A DNA stretch of 63,936 nt, filler included, from Octopus bimaculoides (Eukaryota): assembly GCF_001194135.2 (NCBI RefSeq). It is 5 parts of 5 records of this genome, joined end to end, with 100 filler letters (N's around TTAATTAATTAA, not from the genome) between each part and the next. Parts side by side here need not be neighbours in the genome. Positions count along the whole stretch, not along the records: positions 31,579 to 61,037 come from NC_068983.1; 4 more parts are not named here. One strand, written 5' to 3'. Numbering within the stretch: position 1 is the first letter of the stretch; each line of letters begins with the position of its first letter. The notes beneath the pieces are model-generated. The model worked only from the letters and a program-made list of their open reading frames with translations. It had not been told where the DNA came from and did no database searches. Made by a program: the position numbers and the translations under genes. Shown in pieces: positions 47,635-59,165 of the stretch.

Positions 47635-48420
47635 GGAAGAAAGAGAAAAATAGATCCTTTATTTTACGATTGATAAAAGTAATGTAACTTGCTTCAAAAC
47701 ATGTACAAATTAGTTGACATGAAACGCAAACATTTAAACTAACATAATGCGGTCTAAACTGCTTTTGCGATGGTATCAATAACATTCTCCATTCGGTTGT
47801 TCCAGGGGTCTGTAACACTTTTTCGTTTATTCAATAAATCTATGCACTCCTCCCGCAGATTCTCTCTATTTCGGAAAAGGCAAATTATGCTATGAATATA
47901 TCATCCCATGTAATTTAGAAACATGCCTGTTATTGTAACCATTGTAGGTATTGCAGGTCAAACAGAGGTGCGAGCAGAATTTACATATTGCTGATTCAGA
48001 TGATATGTGAAAGATATTTTTGAACATACAATGATTTTAAATGAAACTACATATTAATTTCAACTTATTACACTTAAATATGTTCTTTTTCAATCGAGAT
48101 AATTGAATGTAGAGAATTGGATTATAAGGGGATGTTAGAATTTATTCTCTTCCTATGCATTTAGTTTTGAAAATTCTTGTTGCATTAAGTGATAGTCAAG
48201 AAGAAAGATTCGTGATTTTCTTGAGACTGTTTCACATAACAAGGGTGTTGGAAACAAAAACGAGTTGCCACATTTTTGTAGGTTGCTATAACGCGAAGAC
48301 GTAAACCATACATATGGAAAAGAAATATAAATAGCATGCTGCGCTTCAAACAATAGCACATTTTGAATTGATTATCATTTATTATTGATAATCGCCACAA
48401 AAATACACGCTGATGTAATA

Positions 48421-50533
48421 CAAATGCACGAACAGCTTCGCAACTCAAGTGCCGACCAAGTAATACAAGAGTGGTTGACAATGGGTAGGATAGTGCTGTG
48501 CTTGGAAAACATAGAAGAAGGCCGTACGGTAGAAAATTACAGGCCGATATTCTGTTTGCCACTTATGTGGAAATTATTGACTGGAATACTCGCAGAGTCA
48601 ATGTACGAACATCTGGGGAAAAATAGTTTCCTGCCACATGAGCAGAAGCGTTTCAATCGTAAGTGCAGAGGTACCAAGGATCAATTCCTGATAAACAAAA
48701 CTGGAGGATGAAAAGTAACTTAGCATGTCATGGATCGACTATCATATGGCGTACGATATGATCCCACATTCTTGGATTATGCAATGTATGAACCTATTTG
48801 GTATTGCATCGAATGTTGAGCAACTCCTTGGAAACAGTATGGCGAATTGGAGGAAGGGCCTGACAGCAGACAGTAGACGTTTAGGGTCAGTAAAAATCAG
48901 GAGGGGCATCTTCCAAGGGAACTGCTTGTCCCCACTGAACTTTGTACTGTGCTTGGTACAACTAACACTGATTCTGAGGAAAGCAAAATATGGGTATGTA
49001 TTCAAAAGCTGCCAACAAAAAGTCAACCATTTGTTATTCATGGATGACCTAAATCTTTATGGTAAAGATCAATCTCAAGTCAGTTTCCTCGTTGATACTG
49101 TGTATACTTTCGATACTGATATCAGAATGGAGTTCGAACTGAGAAAGTGTGGTGTGTTAGTCTTGAATAGAGGCAAAATCAAATGTATGGACGGGCTAAC
49201 GATACTGCCTGGTGGTGGTGTTCGCAGTGGTTGGGTTATGAAGCAGATAGAAAAGATGGGCTATGAATACTTGGGAATTTTGGAAATGGATACATTGATG
49301 GAGAAAGAATTGACTGAAAGAATTGAGGTGGAGCACTTGCGCCGACTGAAACTGATCCATAAGTCGAAATTAAACGGACAGAATAAGATTGAAGCTATCA
49401 AAACCTGGGCGGATTCACTCCTTAGATATGGAGCAGGGGTAATCGCATGGACAGTAGACAATCTAAACAGCTTAGACAGAAAGACAATTAGATAGACTGT
49501 ATCTACCAAGGGAAAGATGGCGAAGAAGACATGCTGGCTGCGAACACAGCATTAAAGCAGAAAACAACACAGCATGGTACGTAAGGAATATTACAGAACC
49601 ACTATTATTAGACGTAAGGAGGTCAGGCTTGTGTAGGATGAAAGATTGCAAAGATAAAGCACTGTACAAGCAATTCAAAAGGAATGAAACTGAAACTAGT
49701 TGGGCAAAGAAAAGAATGCATGGACAATTTCATAGGGATGTTGAAGATTAGACAGACAGACAAATAAGACGGCAGTGTTTGACTAAATGTGATTTAAAAC
49801 CAGAAACGGAGGCTGTAATCTGTGCTGCCCAAAAGCAAACACTAAGAAGAGATTACATATAATACAGAATAGACAACATATCAGAAAGTGATAAGTGCAG
49901 GATTTGTGGGCCAAATGGTGAAATCATATGGCACATTATCAGTCAATGTACACCATTAGCCCCGAAGGAATATAAGAGACGCCACGACAATATAGCAAGG
50001 ATGTCCATTGGACACTTTCCAAGAAGTTATGGACTTAACAGAGCAACAAATTGGTACGACCATAAACCCGAAGGCATCATCGAAAATGATAATGCAAATA
50101 TCCTATAGGCTTTTATGATTCAGTGCGTCCATGAGATAGCGAACAGGAAGCCATACATAGTCTTAATTGAGAAAGAAAGCAATCTATGCTGGATCATGGA
50201 TATAGCATACCCAGCTGACAACAAGGTATGCGATAAGGAAGAAAGAAAAGTCGATAGATAGGTTAGCTTGGTAAATTAAATGTTGTGGTCGATGAAAAAG
50301 GTGGCAGTAGTAGCAATAATTATCGGAGCCCTGGGAACAGTGAGTAAACATCTTGAGAAATACATGGAACAAATAGAGGCTGCAATAAGCGTGGAGAACT
50401 TGGAGAAAACAACACTGCTTGGAACCGCTCGAATACTCCGGAAGGTGCTCGAAAAATAAGGGGTGTTACATAAGTTCGCTGGTAGTGAACAGCTGACACT
50501 GTAGCACATCTCCAGCGTTAGGTGTGCAAAGGC
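48421..50533 (+). mobile_element. 5'-truncated non-LTR retrotransposon, R4/Dong-like clade (RT + CCHC + restriction-like endonuclease)
   Basis: NYRPIFCLPLMWKLLTG, RGTKDQ, WIDYHMAYDMIPHSWI, RGIFQGNCLSP, NHLLFMDDL, YEYLG; CRICG..HIISQC zinc knuckle (49896-49950), RHD, KPYIVLIEKE, DIAYPAD, GALG, LLGTARILRKVLEK* (stop 50457-59); short 3'UTR followed by (AAT)n. Confidence 0.9.
48725..49495 (+). pseudogene. Reverse transcriptase core of the R4/Dong-like element (interrupted ORF)
   Basis: 256-aa open segment with FMDD; disrupted upstream (deletion/frameshift near 48705-48725) and downstream (several stops). Confidence 0.9.
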
Positions 50534-50572
50534 AATAATAATAATAATAGTTATAATAATAATAATAATAAA

Positions 50573-50705
50573 TAACATCAGAAAAAATACCTTAGGACTG
50601 AGACCCCAGAGTTGGGTTCAAAATTCTACCAGGGCACCTGATGAAGGTTGGAGAGTAAGTCAGCCGAAATGTGCTGGCAACAACTCATCTCCAGCATTTA
50701 GAACT
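50573..50705 (+). mobile_element. Short repeat HH1, second copy, degenerate hammerhead-like motif
   Basis: AACATCAGAAAAAATACCTTAGG...GCAC-CTGATGA(50638-44)-A-GGTTG-loop-CAGCC-GAAAT-GTGC. Confidence 0.7.
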
Positions 50706-52164
50706 ATATATATGCCTGTATATATATATATATATANNNNNNNNNNNNNNNNNNNNNNNNNNNNNNNNNNNNNNNNNNNNNNNNNNNNNNNNNNNNNNNN
50801 NNNNNNNNNNNNNNNNNNNNNNNNNNNNNNNNNNNNNNNNNNNNNNNNNNNNNNNNNNNNNNNNNNNNNNNNNNNNNNNNNNNNNNNNNNNNNNNNNNNN
50901 NNNNNNNNNNNNNNNNNNNNNNNNNNNNNNNNNNNNNNNNNNNNNNNNNNNNNNNNNNNNNNNNNNNNNNNNNNNNNNNNNNNNNNNNNNNNNNNNNNNN
51001 NNNNNNNNNNNNNNNNNNNNNNNNNNNNNNNNNNNNNNNNNNNNNNNNNNNNNNNNNNNNNNNNNNNNNNNNNNNNNNNNNNNNNNNNNNNNNNNNNNNN
51101 NNNNNNNNNNNNNNNNNNNNNNNNNNNNNNNNNNNNNNNNNNNNNNNNNNNNNNNNNNNNNNNNNNNNNNNNNNNNNNNNNNNNNNNNNNNNNNNNNNNN
51201 NNNNNNNNNNNNNNNNNNNNNNNNNNNNNNNNNNNNNNNNNNNNNNNNNNNNNNNNNNNNNNNNNNNNNNNNNNNNNNNNNNNNNNNNNNNNNNNNNNNN
51301 NNNNNNNNNNNNNNNNNNNNNNNNNNNNNNNNNNNNNNNNNNNNNNNNNNNNNNNNNNNNNNNNNNNNNNNNNNNNNNNNNNNNNNNNNNNNNNNNNNNN
51401 NNNNNNNNNNNNNNNNNNNNNNNNNNNNNNNNNNNNNNNNNNNNNNNNNNNNNNNNNNNNNNNNNNNNNNNNNNNNNNNNNNNNNNNNNNNNNNNNNNNN
51501 NNNNNNNNNNNNNNNNNNNNNNNNNNNNNNNNNNNNNNNNNNNNNNNNNNNNNNNNNNNNNNNNNNNNNNNNNNNNNNNNNNNNNNNNNNNNNNNNNNNN
51601 NNNNNNNNNNNNNNNNNNNNNNNNNNNNNNNNNNNNNNNNNNNNNNNNNNNNNNNNNNNNNNNNNNNNNNNNNNNNNNNNNNNNNNNNNNNNNNNNNNNN
51701 NNTATTCAGATGAAGTAACTTAACACACAAGTCACGTTTCTTTTCAATTTCAAAATCATCCTAGGGCGAGTAAAACGATAACGCTGAAGGCATATATATG
51801 TGTATGTAGACACGGCGTTGGGTGTTGAATCGATTATGAATATCAAGTACTGGTTAAAATACTGTTAGGTATTCAAATGTTTGAAGAGATTTACAATGGG
51901 AATACTAATAAGGAATATGCTACTGTTGCTGACGTATAAGAAATAAAACAATAAAAAATAACAACAGAATACATTGCAATTTAAATGTACTGAAATTGTC
52001 GAAATAGCATTGCACTGGAATAGAGCGAATGTTAGTGCAAGTAGACTATTGTTAACATGGAAAATGTGACGGGATTCAAATACACAAATAACCATTGCAA
52101 ATGAATAAGATATATACTCCTATTCATTTCCAAACTTTTCTATATATCTCCATCTATCTATCTT

Positions 52165-52309
52165 TGTGGTAAGAAACTTGCTTCTCAAACACTTTGTTCC
52201 GGATCCATTCACACTGCATGGCCTCTTGGAGAATTGTCCTTTACTATCGCCTCGGGTTGACCAAAGCCTGGTGGGTGGATTTGGTAGACAGAAAAAGAAA
52301 GATTACTGT

Positions 52310-52310
<1 letters not shown>
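52165..52310 (+). mobile_element. SINE family A 5' half, degenerate
   Basis: TGTGGTAAGAAACTTGCTTC...ACTATCGCCTCGGG...CCAAAGCC...GGATTTGGTAGACAGAAA. Confidence 0.75.
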
Positions 52311-52337
<27 letters not shown>

Positions 52338-52340
<3 letters not shown>

Positions 52341-52394
52341 GGAGATATCATGATATGAAATATATATATATGTTCATATCATGATATCTCCATA
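52338..52394. repeat. Perfect 22-bp inverted repeat around a (TA)n loop
   Basis: TATGGAGATATCATGATATGAA (52338-59) and TTCATATCATGATATCTCCATA (52373-94). Confidence 0.9.
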
Positions 52395-52458
52395 ATGTGT
52401 TGATGAGAAAAGCATGTAATCCTATATATATATAGGAGTTGCTGTGTGATAAGTAGCT

Positions 52459-52837
52459 GTAGGCGTCGGAGTGGCTGTGTGGTAAGTAGCTTTCTTACCA
52501 GCCACATGGTTCCAGGTACAATTCCACTGCGCGGCACCTTGGGTAAGTGTCGTCTACTATAGCCTCGGGCCGACCAAAGCCTTGTGAGTGGATTTGGTAG
52601 ACAGAAACTGAAAGAAGCTCATCGTATGTATATATATATATGTGTGTGTGTGTGCATATGTTTGTGTGTCTGTGTTTGTCCCATCAACGTCACTTGACAA
52701 CCGATGCTAGTGTGTTTATGTCCCCGTGACCTAGCAGTTCGGCAAAAGTGACCGATAGAATAAGTACTAGGCTTACAAAGAATAAAGCCTGCGGTCGATT
52801 TGCTCGACTAAAGGCGGTGCTCCTGCATGGCCACAGT
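52459..52837 (+). mobile_element. SINE family A, full length (tRNA head - CORE-like block - internal microsatellite - 3' domain)
   Basis: GTGGCTGTGTGGTAAG A-box region, GGTACAATTCC B-box region, ACCTTGGGTAAGT block, (TA)n(TG)n at about 52625-52670, and a 3' domain ending GGCGGTGCTCC.GCATGGCCACAGT. Confidence 0.9.
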
Positions 52838-52846
52838 GTTACGAAG

Positions 52847-52847
<1 letters not shown>

Positions 52848-52924
<77 letters not shown>

Positions 52925-52947
52925 TAATAATAATAACAACAACAACA
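52848..52947. repeat. (AAT)n/(AAC)n microsatellite
   Basis: Direct reading. Confidence 0.95.
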
Positions 52948-52951
52948 TCAA

Positions 52952-53112
52952 TTTCAAATTTTGTTAGATCGGCAGTAATTGTTTCTTTTTTTGGGGGTGG
53001 ATGAATCGATCACATCGACACCAGTGTTCAACAGGTACTTATTTTACGAAAGGATAAAAGGTAAATTCTGCCTCGGCGGAATTTAAACTCAGAACGTAGC
53101 GACGAGCGAAAA
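52952..53112 (-). mobile_element. SINE family B, 5'-truncated
   Basis: TTTCAAATTTTG...TCGAT.ACATCGAC.CCAGTG...GGTACTTATTTTA...CCTCGGCGGAATTTAAACTCAGAACGTAGCG. Confidence 0.8.
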
Positions 53113-53202
53113 CTACTACTACTACTACTGAAGTATGTATATATATATATATGTATACATACATAGGTCTGTATGTGTCATATATATATGCATATATATA
53201 TG

Positions 53203-53233
<31 letters not shown>

Positions 53234-53939
53234 GTACATATGTATATGTATATATATACATGTATATATATATATATATATNNNNNNNNNNNNNNNNNNN
53301 NNNNNNNNNNNNNNNNNNNNNNNNNNNNNNNNNNNNNNNNNNNNNNNNNNNNNNNNNNNNNNNNNNNNNNNNNNNNNNNNNNNNNNNNNNNNNNNNNNNN
53401 NNNNNNNNNNNNNNNNNNNNNNNNNNNNNNNNNNNNNNNNNNNNNNNNNNNNNNNNNNNNNNNNNNNNNNNNNNNNNNNNNNNNNNNNNNNNNNNNNNNN
53501 NNNNNNNNNNNNNNNNNNNNNNNNNNNNNNNNNNNNNNNNNNNNNNNNNNNNNNNNNNNNNNNNNNNNNNNNNNNNNNNNNNNNNNNNNNNNNNNNNNNN
53601 NNNNNNNNNNNNNNNNNNNNNNNNNNNNNNNNNNNNNNNNNNNNNNNNNNNNNNNNNNNNNNNNNNNNNNNNNNNNNNNNNNNNNNNNNNNNNNNNNNNN
53701 NNNNNNNNNNNNNNNNNNNNNNNNNNNNNNNNNNNNNNNNNNNNNNNNNNNNNNNNNNNNNNNNNNNNNNNNNNNNNNNNNNNNNNNNNNNNNNNNNNNN
53801 NNNNNNNNNNNNNNNNNNNNNNNNNNNNNNNNNNNNNNNNNNNNNNNAATGTAATATAAAGCTGAAAAAAAAAATTAACACCAAATATACAGTGCGTGTG
53901 TTTTTATTGGCTAAACTGGCAATATGACCATCCCCAAGT

Positions 53940-53976
<37 letters not shown>

Positions 53977-54250
53977 CATATATATATATACATATATATC
54001 TGTGTGTGTGTGTGCGTGTGTGCGTGTGTTTGTGCGCATGTACATATGTATATGCATGCACGTGGAGTCTAATGAAAGCGCCTTAAGCATTTGACAAATC
54101 GATGCGGATATAAAATAATATCGATGTAGTTTCATCACATGATCGGATGATGTTAGGTTTGATGCATTGCCTATCACATGCATATATACCAAAATATGCA
54201 TACAAATATATGCACATACATTGCCTTCTTCGTGCGCTTTTGGGAATGTA

Positions 54251-54432
54251 CGAAGAGGTGCTGAAAAGTTCCTGGCATCTGAGTTCTTTTTCAGGGCTTA
54301 GAAAAACTGAAGAGACTGCTGCAATAAGTGTGTGAATCTGAGAGCGGAATATGTTAAATAAAATCATTATTAATTGATCCTGCGGTATTTTATTTTACAC
54401 AAAGCCATGTACTTTTCAGCTCCAACCTTTAG
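54251..54432 (+). mobile_element. Mariner-derived MITE
   Basis: TA|CGAAGAGGTGCTGAAAAGTTCCTGGC ... GCCATGTACTTTTCAGCTCCAACCTTTAG|TA; internal AAGTGTGTGAATCTGAGAGCGGAATATGTT (KCVNL...EYV, mariner C-terminus). Confidence 0.8.
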
Positions 54433-56041
54433 TATGTATCAATGTTATCTTTAGTAAGTTTATGTTGCAGTTTTCTGTCTTAATTATCCCTTATATATGA
54501 TGCATTGCAACTAGTTTTAATGATTTGCACATTTGTGACTATTTCAATGCGCTTCTCGTAATATAACCCTGCCATGTCATCTTAAACACAAACCATACTT
54601 AACATTTTCTCATGTTGTAATAGCGGGTTATGTTAACATTTTGTTTCACCTCTAGATTTAAAAGTCAATAGCATTAATATTTGTGCTGTTGCTTGAATGA
54701 GTTCAAATAAAGCATTGGCTAAGAGAAGAAAATAGCCAGGATGAACACAATAGCGTGTGAAAGACAGCCAAACTGAAATACATGTAACGGCTTTAATTGT
54801 TTCCTAGCTTATAGTAAGACGTTTCAGATTCTAAGGAAGTAATTGCTATAGAGAAAATTATGACTAATAATGAATGGGCCTGCTGATTGAAACTACTTAT
54901 TTAATACCTGTCGCATTAAATTACACACATGTATACGATGCATGTATAACTAATTGCGCATAAGATGAGCAGAAGGAAGCCACGGCGTGTGTTAAGCTTG
55001 CAGTATGAAATAGATGCATTTCCATACAATTAGTTTTCATATAATCACATTGGCACTCGCCAGTATTGATGTACAAGAAATAATTAGCTAATTTCTTAAT
55101 ATTCTGGTACAGGAAATAATTAGCATCCATATGCTTAGGCTAAATGTCTTAAATTTCAAATTATACATTCTGAAGTAAATTGTTCGGTGCATCATCTCGG
55201 TTTGTGCAAGCATGATGTTCATATCTAATATATTTGGAAAATTAGATATGATATACACTCATATGTCTTAAACTAACAAGGCGCAACCATCGTTTAATTT
55301 CTAACTCTTATATTACCAAGATTCATTTAAAACATTTGCATTAACCATAAAATATATCTCCAAATACTAAACAATACATGCACCAATTTTTTCGACCCCC
55401 TTCCTTGAATAACTCTAAACAAACGATTTCATAAATTGAACTATGAAGCGTAAAATAAACGAAACATCAGTGCAACTCACCACACAAAATATTCCACCAG
55501 ATAAGCGATGACTACAGGTATTCACATAAATTCAGAAGGTCCTCCGCTTAAAATCTGCATAAGCCTTCCCTCATTCCTGACAAAATCATGTGATAATTTT
55601 TCTTGACATTTAATTTTTTTCTCAAAGCTATATGGAAATCAAACATACATTTATTTATTATATCTACACATCCAACACATATCACCATTATGTGTGAAAA
55701 TATAACATTATCTAATTATATTTTCTAACAATATGGCATATCAATTGTTATTGATCATCTAACTGTGAACTAACAATTTACATCCATACATTCCCCTCAT
55801 ACTACATGAGTGATGAGCACTGCCATCGAAAATAACAATATAATACGGAATCTGATCGTAGTACCAAGCCAAAATAAATGCTTTTTATGAAATCTTTTCA
55901 GCACAAGATATGCTACATATTATTACTTTCTAGCTTACACGGAAGCACTGGATTTTCAAATACAGAAAAGGTGTATTAAATTTCGAGTTCTGATGTACCA
56001 AATCCAATATATAACTAAACCCGACATGTAATCACCATCGT

Positions 56042-56099
<58 letters not shown>

Positions 56100-56234
56100 N
56101 NNNNNNNNNATATATATCATCATAAATTCATAAATGTCACTGATCTTATTTCATTTTATGGGGTCAGTTTTGATTTATAGACTAGTTTATCAAATCCTTG
56201 TATATCTAAGTAAGTTAGATCTAAGTAACAAATT

Positions 56235-57333
56235 TATTTTAATACGGGCAGGGCCGCCTTTTGGCTGTACATACAGCTTGAATTCTACGAGGTATAGACT
56301 CGTACAAAGTTTGAATTGTTTCCAAAGGAAGTTTTGTCCATTCTTTAGCTAAAACAGTCTCCAGTTTTTGTAGTGACGATGGTGGAGGATAACGACTCCT
56401 TACTTGCTTTTCTAAATGCACCAGAAATGTTCAATAATATTGAGATCTGGGGCCTGTGGTTGCCAGATAAGATGTTCAACTTCACTAGAATGTTTCTCAT
56501 GCCATTCAGTAACAACCTTAGCTGTGTGAAATGGTGCATTATCATCCTGAAATATTGCTGTTGCCTCCAGAAACACTTCCGCAACCATAGGATGAATTTG
56601 ATCAGATGAAATGCATGCTTAAATAGTCTTGACTATTAATTCTGCCATGAAGGGAAACCATTATGCGGGTGGATTTCCAAGTTATAAGCCCAATCATGAT
56701 CATCACAGATCCTCCTCAATGTTTAAATTTAGTAGAAGGCTGTCTGGGTCAAATAGTTCTTTTGGCTGTCTCCGCACGTGTAGTCGGCCGGTGTTCGGAA
56801 ATAACGTAAAGCATAGCTCGTTCGTCCGAGAAATTAATATTCTTCCACTGCTCTAGGGACCAATTCTTTAGGTTTTTACTCCACTCTAAATGTTTTACCA
56901 CGTTCGTTTTTGAAAGAAGTGGTTTTCTAATTGCAGTCCTCCGGTGAAATCCGGCTTTGTGTAACTCCCGCCGAACAGTTTTTATGGAAATTGGGTTCTT
57001 GCAGTTGTCATTAAGCTCTGCAGTAATTTTAGAAGCTGTAGTTTTTGATCCTTTCTAACAAATCGCGTAAGAGTTCGACGCTCCCTATATGAAATTTTGG
57101 CTTTCTTCCGGAGTTTTGTTTTGCCGTGGAGGATTTGTCTTACACAAAGGCTGTCATTACTTTCGAGACAGTACTTCTAGATACACCAAACGTTTCGACT
57201 ACTTTCGTTACGCTAGCGCTTGTCATACAAGCACCAACAATTTGACCTCTTTAATCGCCATTAACATACACAGAAGTCAATACCCATTGTTCATCAGCGA
57301 AGCCTTTGCGGGAAAACATAATTCAAAAAACTA
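56235..57333 (-). mobile_element. Tc1-like DD34E transposase relic
   Basis: RGQIVGA, FGVSRSTVSKV, GRKPK, KTVRRELHKAGF..R.AIRKPLL, WKNINFSDE, FQDDNAPFHTAK, IWQPQAPDLNIIEH, LYESIPRRIQAV; ATG at 57261; many frameshifts and stops. Confidence 0.9.
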
Positions 57334-58472
57334 TTCCTCTTAAATATATAATATATTTTTTTAATCTTCGGAGTTTTCTTAAGTATGCTAGGCCACTGGT
57401 TTAAATTGATATTAATAAATTAATATTAATTTCTACCCTCATTATTTAACTTTTAAATAATCATGTTTTCTATCCGGTAACTTCGCTGCAAAAATTTGTT
57501 AACTGCAGAGTTCTTTCCGGTTACAGTCCAGCAAAATGGAGACATTTGAAATATACGCTCAAATATAATTGGCAGAACTTTATACACGTTCTCTTTCGGA
57601 AAGACGTCTTGTGAATTATGTTTCCCGCAACGGCCTCACTGATTGACTACGGACATTCACTTTTGTGAACCTAGGTATGGAGATTATTGCCATATTTTGT
57701 ATCTTTCATTTGTCTTGCTCGTCTTACACTCTGGCGCTTGCTGAAATTTCTTGAGAGCACATTCCTCGTGGTAAGACAAATTGGCGTCTTCTAGCATGTT
57801 AGGAATCCACCTTGGTGTTTATTCCTCGTATATATGTATGTAATATAATTTCTTAATCTTCGGATCTTTTATTAATCTTCGGATCTTTTTCTAATCTTCG
57901 GATCTTATGCTAGGCCATTGCTTTCAGTTGATATTAATTAATATTAATTCCTACCCTCATTATTTAACTTTTAAATAACCACGCTCGCTAACGGATAAAT
58001 TCGCTGCGGAAATTTATTAACTGCAGGGTTCATTCCGGTTTCAACGCGCCAAAATGAAGACATGTGAAATACACCCTGAAATATAATTGGCAGAACTTTA
58101 TATATGTTCACTTTCCGGAGGAGGTCTTCTATCTAGTTCTGTGAATTATGTTTTCCCGCAACGACCTCAATGATGAACTACGAACATTCACTTTTGTGAA
58201 TGTTAATGGCGAAACCTAGGTATGGGACTTATTGCGAAATTTGGGACATTTCATTTGTCTTGCTCATTTTACAGTCTGGTGTTTCGTGAAATCTCTTGAG
58301 GACATTCTTCGTGGTAAGACGATTTGGCGTCTTCTAGCATATTAGGAATCCATCTTGGTGGTTATTCCTCTTATATATATATGTAATATAATTTGTTATT
58401 CTTCGGATTATTTTAAGTATGCTAGGCCACTGGTTTAAATCGTTATTAATTAATTAATGAAACTGATATATA
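57333..58472. repeat. Tandem satellite, ~490-540-bp monomer, at least 2.2 copies, running into a gap
   Basis: Marker ATTCCTC recurs at 57333, 57821 and 58364; units are colinear; unit 2 carries a tripled TAATCTTCGGATCT motif (57855-57906). Confidence 0.9.
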
Positions 58473-59097
58473 NNNNNNNNNNNNNNNNNNNNNNNNNNNN
58501 NNNNNNNNNNNNNNNNNNNNNNNNNNNNNNNNNNNNNNNNNNNNNNNNNNNNNNNNNNNNNNNNNNNNNNNNNNNNNNNNNNNNNNNNNNNNNNNNNNNN
58601 NNNNNNNNNNNNNNNNNNNNNNNNNNNNNNNNNNNNNNNNNNNNNNNNNNNNNNNNNNNNNNNNNNNNNNNNNNNNNNNNNNNNNNNNNNNNNNNNNNNN
58701 NNNNNNNNNNNNNNNNNNNNNNNNNNNNNNNNNNNNNNNNNNNNNNNNNNNNNNNNNNNNNNNNNNNNNNNNNNNNNNNNNNNNNNNNNNNNNNNNNNNN
58801 NNNNNNNNNNNNNNNNNNNNNNNNNNNNNNNNNNNTACATACATATACATATGCATGTGTTTGTGTATGTTTATGCCCCTATTTTACCCTCTCTCTATAT
58901 ATACAAATCTCTCTCTTTATCTATGTTTACCTCTTTGCCTACTATGTATGAATGTGTCTGCTTATCTAACAATCTGTCTTTTCTTCTGTATCTATGCATG
59001 CATCAGTTCCTCTGTCTGTCAATCGAGCAGTCTATCCGTGTATTAGTCGCTCTGTGTTTATGTGTATACTTTCTCTCTGGCTGTCCATTTATTCAAG

Positions 59098-59163
<66 letters not shown>
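59098..59163. repeat. (TATC)n microsatellite
   Basis: Direct reading. Confidence 0.95.

Positions 59164-59165
<2 letters not shown>

Noticed and set aside
2946-52560. tRNA-like sequences as true tRNA genes
   Set aside because: They have A/B boxes but no acceptor-stem closure, and they continue into shared SINE bodies.
58446-58457. TTAATTAATTAA-like run before a gap
   Set aside because: It is part of the AT-rich satellite monomer (ATTAATTAATATTAAT in the other units) and lacks the 44N flanks of the synthetic linkers.
57333-58472. Tandem arrays (also the 16-bp and 27-bp repeats) as CRISPR
   Set aside because: No unique spacers between repeats, wrong unit sizes, no cas genes, eukaryotic context.
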